DNA from: Phoronis australis
Lineage: Eukaryota > Animalia > Phoronida
Length of the DNA stretch: 64,000 nucleotides
Assembly: GCA_002633005.1 (NCBI GenBank)
Contig: NMRA01000246.1
Coordinates: forward strand, 425,856 to 489,855
Reading direction: 5' to 3'
Each line of letters begins with the position of its first letter. Position 1 is the first letter of the stretch. Shown piece after piece: positions 25,881-38,875 of the stretch. The notes below the pieces were generated by a model. It saw only the letters and a list, made by a program, of their open reading frames with translations, had not been told where the DNA came from and searched no databases. Made by a program: the position numbers and the translations under genes.

Positions 25881-28117
25881 TCTCAGTGACTATTCCAGAA
25901 GAAATCCTTGAGACCACTACACAGAGGTCATTCCACTGGGATAAACATGTACCATTAGCGCAGCGAGTGAACAACCGAGTTCAATGTGACTAATTTCTCT
26001 AGCTTATAGGGGATAAGGACATACTGTACATGTACAGTCACGCTGAAAGCGCAAAAATGCGATTTGGGGGGCGCCAAAGAATGGAATAGAAAATAACAAA
26101 AAGGCCACTGAGGTGGCGCAAAATGCGCCAATTCTGTCCGAAAATACCTGTAAGGCGTCATATTTACCACATTCTATAAAAATTACTCAGGAACTCTCAG
26201 ATACAGAGGCAAACGAGAAAAATACAATTGACATAGGCCTGCTGTGTACAGTGGACACAGCCGTAGTCAGATCAGTAGATCCAAAAAGAAGCTGCCACGC
26301 TCGTTAACTTCACAGCAACACATCAGCGAAATATCACAAAACCACTTCAAAGGGTTTAGGAGATACAGCACTACGCACAAATATCGAATGAGGCAATTTA
26401 CATTTCCACACATTCAGTGCTTCTAATACAAACATGAAGTGATGCAGGTGAGACTTTGGCATGATTACTGCCCGGCTCTGAGCTGATAAAGGTTTGAAGC
26501 TCCAATATCAATGATCGCAGTCTTAGGTACTTGAGATGGGGACAATTAGCCCCAGATTCGGACAAAAATTACGAAAAATGGCGCAACACAAGAAAAACTT
26601 CAGGAAACGCAATCAACAACGGTAAATCATACGACAAATCAAGCCACAAAATCAGACAGGGTCAATCAATTTACCGTTTCCCGTAGGTTACAACTTTCAA
26701 GTTGACAATCCCATGGGTATACAGTAGGCCTACAGATTGCAGTAAAGCGGGTCGACAAGCACTTTAATGGGACATCAATAGAAAACGTTCCTCAAGGTTT
26801 GTGTACTAGTGAGCCGAGGGTCTACAAAAAAGCTCCTAAGGGGAAGTTCCAGCAGAATGAGATAGATCACTGTTTAACTTACCTTTTTTGGTATTTACTA
26901 CTCTCATCCTCCATCAATGTGGGTTCCAAACATTCAGTCTGAGACTGCCAGGTACACGATTATTTTTGGAGTCAAATTCTTGTCTTTGTGCCACAAGCAC
27001 CGATTTAGTGAAAAGTGGCGTCAACACTAGCGTGGTGAAGTGTCCAATTTCATCCGTGTTGTTCCAAAATTTTTCCCCAGGTCTGATGTCTACACCACCA
27101 CAAAAAACATGGAGACAGAAAACAGAGTGTTTTTTGGTCTCACTCAGTTAATGGTTTTATTTTTAAAACTGTTATATGTACACGAAATTAAAAATTATCC
27201 TTGGTAATGTATATATTGCACACAGAAAAAACCACAATATGACAGTCACAGTCACAGTCGACACTAGAAATAAAATCTTTATTGACGAATCTTTCAAACT
27301 GCTACAAAAGTCCTGTAAACATGTAAATTACATCCAAATAGTAAAATTATATAGTCTGAATCTTGATAAAANAGTTTGAAACCCAAACCCCCCCCCCCCC
27401 CCCCGGCCCAACACCTACAAAAAACAGCACAGACAAAGAAAGTATTCATGTAGCAGTCTGCATATACATAATGTGTTACTTAAAATGTCAACTGTCTCAT
27501 TAACACTATTTTCCACAGGAGCTGGGTAATAGCTATTCCACAATGATACAGGCAATCAACACTCGGTTTTCAGTACATAAGCCCTACAATGTATTTACTG
27601 TCAATTTAAATTGAAAGCAGTGCCAGTAGACTTAGAGATAAAACATTGGTGAACATATGGTACGAGTTTGCATTTTCATGGTGTAATATTTATGGAGTCA
27701 AATGTTTTTCTAGTAATCAATGCCATTCTTCACAAAAATTATACATTGACTAGTCTGTTAATTCCATTTAAAGTGCTGTCTTCTTACAGCATACTACTTC
27801 TGAACAAAATACTCAATGTTGCGCTATGCCATTAAACAAAAATCTTTGCAAGGTAGCTGTTCAAGAAAAAATATCGAATGTCAGAAAATTCCAGCAAAAG
27901 AACCACAGAGCAATGTTTGCCAGAGCACTGTGATAAGATTGCTCTTTTGATGATCAGAACCTACATGTAGCGTAGAGACATTAATCTTTAACTGCACATA
28001 ATTATACCTTAAGCTGGGATGAGTATCCTTAAGAAATACGAGTAACTAGGTGGTTGTTCGACAAGGCCACGTCTAAGGTGTCCCAGACAAGAAACTGTCT
28101 ACACTACTGCTCAGGGT

Positions 28118-31100
28118 TCAAAGTTCATCATGAGGCAGATTGTCCATGATAAACTGGTGCAGCTCTTCAAAGTCTCTGCTTCCTGAATACTCCTGCACAT
28201 ACTGACCGTCCTTATATAAGAATAGCGTGGGATAGCCTTGAATCTGATAAAACAAATATCATGGGTACATGAAGGAGGACTAACAGCTATAATTAAAACA
28301 GTGTCACACATGCGTTGACAAAAGAATGATAAAAATAATGATTATAATAATAATAATAACAAAAACACTAATAATAATATTAACAATTATTAGTAAATAA
28401 TGATTTTGATACTGACAAAAATCCATGAAGAAAAAGAAGAGCAATAAGAATTAATGGCAGAAGTAGACAAAGATAAATGAAGAATTAAAGTGGCATAGAA
28501 CATGTCAAACAGACATTATTCAAAATAGTGTTCTACCATTAAAACAGAAGTCAAACTGTTCACCAAGTATTTTTATAGTTTGTTTGCCGAGGTCAAAGCA
28601 TCTTTCCTTTAGTTTCAAATTTCAAAAAATAAAATCTCAACTGTTCGTCAATTCATGGATTTTTGCAACTCGCCTAAAGCGTAGGTCACACTTACGAGGT
28701 TGGCACAACTTGTAAGGAGTTTTCAAACTTGAATATTTACATGTATAAGTTAAGCCCAAGTGCTGCAAATACAAACTACTTACATTCTGTTCCCTGCAGA
28801 AGAATTTATAGTCATCACAGTCTAAATGAGCTATCTTCACAATGGTTTTTACGCCCAGTTTGTTGGCTAGCTCCTCCCAAGTTGGGGCTAGTCTCTTGCA
28901 ATGACCACACCTGTAAAGTTCACACAACTGTCATGTACTTGAAGAATGGGTTAAATTTAAAGAATTGGGAAACCAAACAAACTTGACGTATACATTACAT
29001 GCATTTAATGACCCACATCATGCTACTTAAATAAAGCCAAAATAGCATACATTGAAACTGGGATGTCACATTAGGTCGAGTGAATCCTGCCATTGAAGAA
29101 AAGGATATTCCGTCCACTGTTTTATGATGTGTACAGTATAATTAAGAGTGTTAACTTGCTGTATCAAAAACATATCGAAGGATTACAACCAAAACAAGAC
29201 CCAAGACAATGGTTTTCAAAGATTTAAAGGGGTTATGAACTCGCCTTGCCTCACACATCAAACTTTTGATTTAGTCAACTTACCCTTGTGAAATTGGTCT
29301 CAAATTGCTTTTTGGTTAAAATGGATGTGCTTAGTGGACTTGGATAGAATTGACAGTTTGTTATAGCTCCAGACATGTCTCTAAAGTTGGCGTGTTATTC
29401 TACTCACTTAGCATGTAATGAACTGTCCATTATTTGTACGACAAAATTAAATTACTTCTCACCTGTACAAGGAACCAGTTGAGACCAATTATTATAAACA
29501 GTAGATTGTCTAACTTATAAGTTTCTTCAATGGAATACAGGTTTATATTAGCCACTTTAAGGAAATGTTATAAGTTAAGGTATCAAAGAAATAACTTATA
29601 ATATGTGAGTATTGCATTTTTTAAAAGAAGGCCACAAAGCTCATAACGCCCTCCCCCCAAATTACAGTCTAACGCTCTCCTGCGGAGCTAAATCTCACTT
29701 GGTAGACGGTAGAGTATTTGAAGCAAATTGAAGCACATTTAACTGGTAAAGTCACTGGCCTTGAATTCAGAAAATGTCTGGCAGACAACAGCACGTAACG
29801 AGAATTGCCATTTCTAATAGAATCACAAAAACCAGGGGTTTTGTCATTTTATAGCCTTCATCAAAGCTAATAACTTAAAGATTAGTCTTTTCTATCCAAC
29901 AATCGTCTCAACTTTAACGTGAAATAAAGAATTAGGATCCATGACAACAAACAATGTAGAGATTTACAAAAGGATTGACTGTACTGTCACACGACTCACC
30001 ATGGTGCGTAGAATTTGACGAAAGTTATTCCAGTAGCTATGACATCACTGAATGTCTCGTCAGTTAGCTTAATGACATTAGACTCAGCTTTGACAGGCTC
30101 TTCAGTGCGCTGAAATACAAAAATATTTTATTGGGGGTCTCAGTATAGTATTCCTTGATAGCTTGTCTTATTAACAGATACTAAAAACGACTTTCCCATC
30201 CAGTTCTCTGAAACAAAATAATGTTGTGTAACCCTCAACAACACTCAATACTTTGGAGGAAAATTTGAAAACTCCTCTCACCTAAGCTAAATGGACAAGC
30301 TTGCCTTACGCTGTTAGCAAATTACACACCAACTGCGGAAAAAGACCACCCACCAAGGACCGCAATAACCAATTTGTGAGACAGGGAGACTGTTTTTAGT
30401 TGATTGCTGCCTTTATATTTCATGATAAATGGCAATGATGCATTGGCAGGAGACTGAACGAAGATTGGTTGAAATCATCAAAACAGGCTTTAGTAACCTT
30501 TTAAATTATATCATAAACTTTACTTCAAAAGGCAAACAACTTGTTATAGCGGAACACAGCACGTAATGAACATGGAGTTTCATATGAAGCCAGCCATCCA
30601 TTTCTGAAATACAGTGGTCTGAACTTTGCCAAATTTGGACATTTTTGGTAAATACATTGGGGCTTTAAAAGAATTGTGACGTGTTTTTAAACAGAATTGA
30701 CGACAGTCAGCACTTGTTCTACTTATCCTCACAGGCTGGACCTTCATGTCTTGAGTCAAAGAAATGCAAAGTTGACAGTAAAAGGGCTTATATCAGGACA
30801 CCCAACCGAGAATTTTAAATAATTTTTTATGTACATAATCATAATTATAGAACCATATTTTATAAAGAATCATCGGTAACCACAAGTGGAAAAAATCTAC
30901 CATAAAGGAAATGCAATTTAACGAAATCATGAAATGTTAGTCTGTCATCAATTTGGACTTTTAACGGCCTTTTTGCGAGATAAAAGCAATTTGAGTTGAA
31001 CTTTTGTCCCACTTCTCTTGGAATTACAGGGCCAGACTTGTGCTTGTTTTCCATGTAAAAGGTAATAGATCTCACAAGAAGTTACGCAACAAGGTGTCAA

Positions 31101-34100
31101 TATTATCAAAGCACAAGTGGTCACTATTAAGTACAGCCCTCCTGACCAGTAAAAACACTTATACCTCCGGTATTTGCTCATCTGTCCTGCGTACATTGGC
31201 ATCCTGTTGTTCCATCATGTTAGACACGTATGACTTGAGAGCATCAATATCTCTTCCACCTTTATACTTGTCCACCTGAGAAGATAAAATAAGGTCATGT
31301 TTTGATACAATGCTGGTAATAGACAGGTGTAATGTGCCCACATTTTGAGAAACACCTTTTCCACTAACTAACAGGCATCAAACTGGTTCACAAAACATTG
31401 GCACACTATGTCCGACTACTTTGTGTTAAACAAATTAAGAACTGTAGGAAATCAGTATCAGTATATAAGCACATAAACATTGGACTTAATTCAACATTCT
31501 GGCATTGCTAATGTTATTTGAAGATTTCATTAACTTCTGCAAGCCTCTAATTCACTGTTCAAAGACACGGGGCAGTTAAACGTATGTTGCTTGATATGCA
31601 AAGAGTCACAGACATCAGCAATTAGTTCAAGATGTGGACGCAACATTGTGAATCAGATGAAGCAAGTTCTGCTGTATTTAGCAAATTTGACTAAGCATGC
31701 TGACAAGCCACCTTTTAACATCAAATGTAAAGCTTGAATTATCTAACACTTTTTAGTAACCATAGCTCAGTAAACTCTAGTAATACTAGCCAAGCCTGGA
31801 TATTTGGCAATATTGAATAATGCATAACATTACTTTTGCCTAAACACAGGTTGCCATCAACTTCTGCCAGCTTTCAATGACACCCTTGATTAACTAAATT
31901 TTATTGATTTGTATTCCTATTGACTATCAAAATCGTATACTCTGTAAACAATATGGCATGCTCACACTATCCATTACACCACACACAGCCAAAACTGAAA
32001 TGCTTCAGAACACTGGGAAATGAGACAACATGAAAATCACAAAAATGCGAACTGTTAATGACCATTCATGAATCCTATGTTCAACAAAGTATTGTCATGG
32101 TGAAATGCTTTTGAGATTGTCCAGTCAAAATCAACTGCAACAAAGAGAAAAGCCATGCTCACCAAAGGCTTCAACACGCTAGTCGACAATATCAAAGAGA
32201 AGAACAGTGTGACACAATAGTGTTGAGCCATGTGTCTCCTCTATTGTATTTTGGAACTAGTTTCTATGTAAATAATAAAGCAACTTATTTGCTATCAGAA
32301 AGAAAAAATTTTGCAAATCAAGTCTTTGCTCAATTACGAGCCATTCAAATAAACCACCATATGTACCAAAGAAGTTAAGTATAACTTTAAAAGACAACAT
32401 ATATCCAAAACACTAAAATCATCTACACTCCCCCCCATCCCCTTCAGAAATTCCTATTTCAAATGTCGATGTTTTACATGCATTTTTTCATTAAAATTTG
32501 CGAAAGAACCAAAGTGTCACATTTCTTATGAAAATATTATTTTAAGTTGCCCAGAGTCATACAGCTTGACTTTATTGCAAAAAAATATGTTTTACCATAC
32601 AATAAACAAAATATTAAAGTTTGTTGCATTATCTGTACATAACTGATAGTCATTCCAGAATAAGAAAAGCAGAATAGATTTTCAAGATGAATAAACATTT
32701 ACACATGGCATTTGGGTCACATTAGTTTTGTTAATTAAAACCAATTTGAATGTACTAAAAATGAACACAAAACACTTCTAACGCCTTAACACCAACATGC
32801 TTAAATCTTTTGGTGGCTAAGGTACTCCACAATTTTTACATTGAAATTTAAAAATTACAATGCAGCGTGTGATACAAAATCAACATCCTGTAACACACCG
32901 TAAAGGGAAATGGAACCAATGGGACATTTCTCAGTAATCATTGACGAAACTGGCACTGGGGAAAACAATAACAAAAAATCAAAAACTGCATGCATTACAG
33001 AGACTTTTAATGAACAGTACAATAAAACTGTAACAAAAACTAATCATTACAACACGCCAGCAGGCATACCTAATTAATGTAATATCATAATTACTAACTG
33101 GTTGTCCATTGGTGAAGAACAGCAACGTTGGGTATCCCTTGACTTCATACAGGTCACACAGTGGCTTCTGCTGAGTGCAGTCCACCTGAAAATCACCATT
33201 ATACTATTTTGTACTCTATGTCAAAACATTGACTTCTTGTAAGCCAAACTCAGAATTTGCAATTAAAACTGCAATTAAAATATATCAAAATTTTGTTCTT
33301 ATGAAAATCTGAAAATGAGGAATTTCACTGCAAACCCTTGCTCCAGTGAGAAAGGTTTTGGGTGATTTTGAGAATAAAACTCAAAACCCAAATGCAACGC
33401 TGTGTCCTCGTCATTGCTCTTACCACTTCAAACTTGTGTTTCAAAAAATCCACTTACTTTTGATATGTGCACGTTTTCTGTATGTTGGAAAGTTTCCGCT
33501 AGTTGATCCCAGACGGGTGAAAGTTTCTGGCAGTGTCCGCACCATGGTGCATAGAACTTGATGAAGTTGTGGCCAAACTTGGTGTTGGCGTCAAAGTTCT
33601 CTGTAGTCAGCTCCACAAGAGATTTCTTAGGTTCAGGTGGTTGAGGATTTTCGGCTTCTGCCTAAAATAGCAAAATTGTCATCAGTAGAGAAACCATTAT
33701 GTTGACATGTCCAGTTTCTTGCACAATATGTAGAGCTCCTTATTAAATACAATGCAGAGATTCTTCACTCAATTAGATATGTGATTGTTCAAAAACAACG
33801 ATAAAAAATTTCTGAATAATTAATATTTTGTGGCGGCTGAACAGGTATGGATAAGGCATTAAAACTGCTTTCACCCAGTTAAGCTGGGTAAGAAACGAGA
33901 ACCGAATTAGGCCTTTTACTCTCATAAGATGAGTCTCATAATATGGTACTCCTCGGCGTGATAGTATTACCATTACCAACAAGAAAATCAACACCATCAA
34001 CTCGACAAAAAAGCTTAATAATCAGAACTAAACGGGAATACCTAACCTTAAAAAAGCAAATTCAAGAGTGGTACAGGGCAAAATAAAGCTTTAAATGAAA

Positions 34101-37100
34101 ACATGATGTTTTCAATGGTTATTTTCATTGAAAAATAAAATGCATTAGAACTATTGCAAATGAATGCATCACCATGTCAATTAGCCCTAAAGAGAAAATG
34201 AAAAGACAATGGAAGAAATGAGATACTGGGAAAACATTTACTTCCACATATCTTAAGTAAAAAATATTCATCATTAAGAAGGCAATCTAAAGATTCTGTC
34301 CAAAGTTGCTGTCAGCATGACAGAATGTAAAAGTATTACAAAATTTCAAAGTAACAGTACCAAAGTTAAGAAGTCAGTCCTTACCTCAGTTTTGAGTTGT
34401 TTTTGGATGAACTCTTCAAACAACGCGATGGTTCTCTGGCCCTTGAATTTAACCCCGTCATCAGAACCTTGCTGAAAGAACTTCAACCTGAATGAAAAAC
34501 ATACCAAAAACGCTGGATTGGTAAGCCAGAATTTAATACTTAGCAATTGTTGAGGCAAGGGGCTTTTTTGCAGAACAGAAGTTGCAGCAAACAGCTAAGA
34601 GTGGAAAGCAGTTAAACATTGAGACACTGAAAACAAGTTCTGCCATCAATCTAGAATGGAAGTATTAGGAAACTATAAGTGATGTGTAGCTACAGATTAC
34701 AACATCTTAAAGTGTCCATCTAGGGCAGTGAAACAGCCCACCTGACAAAATGTAATCTGTGGTGAATGGCTGTAAAACCATAAAGTTTCCAACTTCCATA
34801 ATACATGTATGGGACCATAAATGCCTGATAACAGGATGATTACACTGTCAAATGTAGATGGGTGGATTCAGGCAGTGTTTCTCAAGACTGAACTCTGAAC
34901 TTTTATAGTAAATGGATCAATATTTTACTATGTGACGTGGCACTGGCTTAATTCCTTAATCAAAATTGAAACCACAAGATTATCTACAGCTGGTACATTT
35001 TGGATTAGTAAATAAAATTCAGCTACAAACATTCATCAATGTAACATGAGCACAAAGAGTGGGTCTGCCTGTAAATTCACATAAAATCGGAATGCAACTA
35101 CTCAAAAAATAATAAATTAAAGACTTTGCACTAAGTTAAGTAATCAAACCCATAATGTTAAAAAACATAACTAACACTTCGATGATCACAATAAATTTAA
35201 AGACCCCGTTCATTAATGATTTAAACTATTTGATGTTGTATTCAGTTGCTATAAAGAAAAAGTCCTCTTTTGTATTTTTTCTGTTTTGATCAAGATACGG
35301 AACATTTGTGAAAGTTTTCTTTTGATACATACGTTGGATAACCAGTGACACCATGTGCTGAACAAAGTGGGGTCTCTGTAGTGCAGTCAACCTGAAGAAT
35401 ATGGAGAGCCAGATGAACACGTTGTTTAAAAAACTACATGAACATAAACACATGAAAACACCACTTTAAACTTGACCAATGTCAAAAATATGCAGAACAG
35501 TGAATGTTAAAGGTGGGACTTTAATCCACATATAACGCATAAAAGCAAAAAAGAATTATGAAAGTACGACACATATTGGTGTAAGAAAATTCAAAATTTG
35601 AATGAACTGCCTATTCAGACATAGCACGGAAACCAAATAACAAAAAATTGTTACCCGTAAGGTGCAAAATATTACTGTGAAATCACCCAGCAACAAACTT
35701 TCGTAACCAATGACATTATCACTACAAGTCATTAAAAAATATCCAAGAATAAAATCTGCACAAAAATATCTAGGGCATGCTGTGATCTATTGAGTAATCA
35801 GACCCCAAAAAATTATAATCCAAAATGATTTACCATCTAAACTTGAATACCACCTTTTGTCTCCGTAAGTAATGCCTGAAAAGACTACAATTCTTACTTA
35901 CCGCAGGGCCTTCATCCACATGTCATGAGAATGGTTACACATTACTAGAAGCATAAAACACCACAAAACATCATTAAGAGTCGGATAAAATATTGAAGTG
36001 AAAACAACTAAACACTGGACTATTCTTACCTTTCCTATTTTCACTTTGGAGTCCTTCTTGTCTACATTATATATCTTAGCTAGTTCATCCCATGTAGGAG
36101 CTAGAGCTTGACAGTGGCCACACCTGTATGGAATGAGAAGAGCTCATGCACTTTCAAATTTACCTGAGCCAAGAAGTGCTTACTGGCACAGCCACTAGGC
36201 AAAATCATCAATCATTTAATATTAATGGTAAAATTTTGCATAAATGAGTTGTTAATAGAAGCCCGGTCTTCATTAATATCACTTAAATATCCTCCACAGA
36301 CCTGACTTCAACAGGGGATTGTCAGAATTCAGAGACCTAACGGTTATTACTTAGGGCACAAATGAAATAACATTAAGAGATCAGATGCTAATAATTTCAC
36401 CAATTTGTTCTCCACAACTCAAAACGCTTCTGGAATTATAAAATTCATGTCCTCAGTACATTTTCGAAAGTCCATGTCCATAGCAAGGGGAAACTGAGTT
36501 TGTTAAGTTTTGGAGTACTTAGAAAATGAATTGAACAGGTTCCAAAGGTCCACAATGTCCTTATTCGTTGCAGAAACTACTGATCTGCCACAACATAAAA
36601 CTTGATGCACAGGTTTTCAAACTCGAAGCAAGTAAGCCAAATTCGTCGAGGCAATATTCAAACGCCACATAGCAACAAGTCATGACAGGTTGTGCTCACG
36701 GGAAATGGTCATTGTAGTACCACACGGTCAATACATTTTGGAATGGTCCTTGTATGCCATTCCACAACCTTTATTCACCTGAGGAAAAGTGCCTGTGCCT
36801 ACTGAGGGGAATATTTTGGGTAAGGGGAATATTCTACCGCACCTGCTCAGCATCAATAGCACCCCCTCCCCTTTCACTAGCCTTCATAGGGTCTGCCTCA
36901 AATAGCCAAAATTACCATTTTGTGCTGTTTCAAATCATTGCCTGTGTGAGAATACAAGTGATTTGACCCTTGAGATTTTTTATCACTAAGACGGAAGGTT
37001 TTGGGCCTCATGGGTGGAATTTTGTGTGATTTTTAAATATTTTTTCAAAGGAAAATCGAGGGATTGAGGGCCCTGCTTTCCAGGGTTGTCTACTCCAATA

Positions 37101-38384
37101 AAATCTACAATTTTCATAACAACTTGAGTTTTGTGTTATTCTCGATAACACAAAATAAGTCCTGCCATGGTAGGGGAAATTTTAGACCCGTTTTATGGCT
37201 CAGTAAAAGGTCCAATTAAATTTTCTCTTTTTAGCCAGCAACATGAGACAAACAGCTTTAACTTTAGCAAAAAAATGGGTGCAAATTTCATGGTGGCACG
37301 TCTTAGTTAATCAAATTCCAGTTACGATACTATAAACTCAATGTCATGACGGTGTTCTGTCGTTCAGCAACTTTTCCAGACATGAGGGGTTCTGAACGTG
37401 CGATAACATCTGGCTCCTTTGTTCCCAGCACAGTCTTTTGTCCCGTATGACAACAAGCAGGCCAATTATCTCCCAGGTTTCAAAGGGTTACTGAAACCTG
37501 GCAGAATGGATTGTCTTAACTTCTGTTGCAGTTGGGCGATTTTGGTGATTCAAAAACTAAACATGATCGGCATTTGACAAGGAATTCAAAAATGTTATTG
37601 GTTTACGTTCAGATATGTTATCATTTAACTTTCATTTTTAGCAGCACAGCCCAGTCATGCAGGATAGATACGATCTGATCAAAGATTAGAGCAATTATCG
37701 AACACTAAAGAGAGCCAGTCCTCCAACCATCAATGCCAGAATGGAGTTAATCAGTCATGTAAGATATTGGCTACAGGGGTAATCTTCCCAACTTGTTGTT
37801 GGGCTATAGAATCGAGCAAGTTGGGAGCAACGGGAAAATGCTGTAATGGTCCCAGGTATCCACTCCCAAACCACAAGTAGTTGCATGGTCCTCAGACTTC
37901 TGGTGACTTGTCTCCCAACAGTTGCTTGGTGTCACTGGATGGGGGCATTTTGGACCCTTTTTTAGTTTAGGCCGCGCGGATTCACCGGGAATGGGAATTG
38001 TACGGATATGTATCACGGCGGGTTTAGAGTTTAGGGGATAGTACACGTAGCTTGAATTTAGATGTGCAGCCATGGAATGGAATCGTTAACACCCCCTACA
38101 AGTACTGACTAACCAAATACAACTAAGTCTAATTCTCCGATTAATGTATACAGGTCCACAGCCACAGCACAGGGCCATTTCAGACGTGCACTGGTCTGAT
38201 GTAGCGGTCCTGTCTCACCTTCGTCTACGTACCATGGAGCAAAAAACATAACGAAATTAGCAGAGTCAGAAAGATGGGTCTCGAAATCACCACTTGTGTA
38301 ACTTGGCACGTTTTCACCATGGTCGTCTTGAGCAAGCACTTGTAAAGAGAAACAAAGAAGGGTAACAGCACCAAGAGGCGTCAT
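28118..38384 (-). CDS. TXNDC5: Thioredoxin domain-containing protein 5 (ERp46), 10 exons, 390 aa, three CGHC domains, C-terminal HDEL
   Basis: Exons (minus): 38384-38233, 36123-36030, 35391-35333, 34487-34385, 33661-33458, 33185-33099, 31275-31165, 30109-30000, 28910-28784, 28243-28118 (1173 nt, all GT-AG). Signal peptide, three F(F/Y)APWCGHC motifs, three GYPTL cis-Pro loops, ends NLPHDEL*. AATAAA signals near 27280 and 27160. Confidence 0.95.
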
Positions 38385-38765
38385 CTTTCTGGAAGCGGTT
38401 ACTTACTGCTTACGTGTGTCGCACAGGGACTAACAAGTTCGGCAAGATTCGAGAAGTTAGGTGATAGATAGTCTCGATTTCAGGCACTTCATAGCCGTCT
38501 GGGGGAAATATGTGAGTCTAGGGTTGTGAACGCCTAAATGCATTTAAAGTTCTGGGATTTGTATCCAGCCTGTATTAGTATTCTAATCACGGACAAGAGC
38601 TATATGCTGCCGTGAAGTCTGGAATCCCTTGGCAGGAAATATCACGAGCAGTACAAAGTTCGGCAAAACTCGCATGGATGGATACTATTTGGAATAATTC
38701 GGGTATTTCCGTAACCCGCATCTCCGACAATATTCGCTAATTTCCGGCTTCCAACTTCCTCTTCG
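38385..38765. promoter_or_regulatory. Bidirectional TXNDC5/RPLP1 promoter region with a TCT/5'TOP pyrimidine initiator
   Basis: The two ATGs diverge 491 bp apart. CTTCCTCTTC at 38755-38764, preceded by ETS-like TTCCGG, matches ribosomal-protein TCT starts. Confidence 0.7.
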
Positions 38766-38783
38766 TCCATAGTGGTTTTGAGA

Positions 38784-38830
38784 AGTACACTGTTCTCATC
38801 TGAGCTAAGGCCAATCCGGCGACGTGTACT
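38784..38830 (+). other. Structured RNA element (three-way junction) in the RPLP1 5'UTR
   Basis: AGUACAC/GUGUACU stem, bulged U, GUU/GAC stem, CUC-AUCU-GAG hairpin, CUAAG linker, GCC-AAUCC-GGC hairpin. Confidence 0.65.
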
Positions 38831-38875
38831 GTTAATCATATCCATCCAAGGAATTTGAAACATTCAACTAATAAA

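Noticed and set aside
27372-27404. Ambiguous base N and a poly-C run in the TXNDC5 3' region
   Set aside because: Likely a low-quality sequence or homopolymer stretch, so not interpretable.
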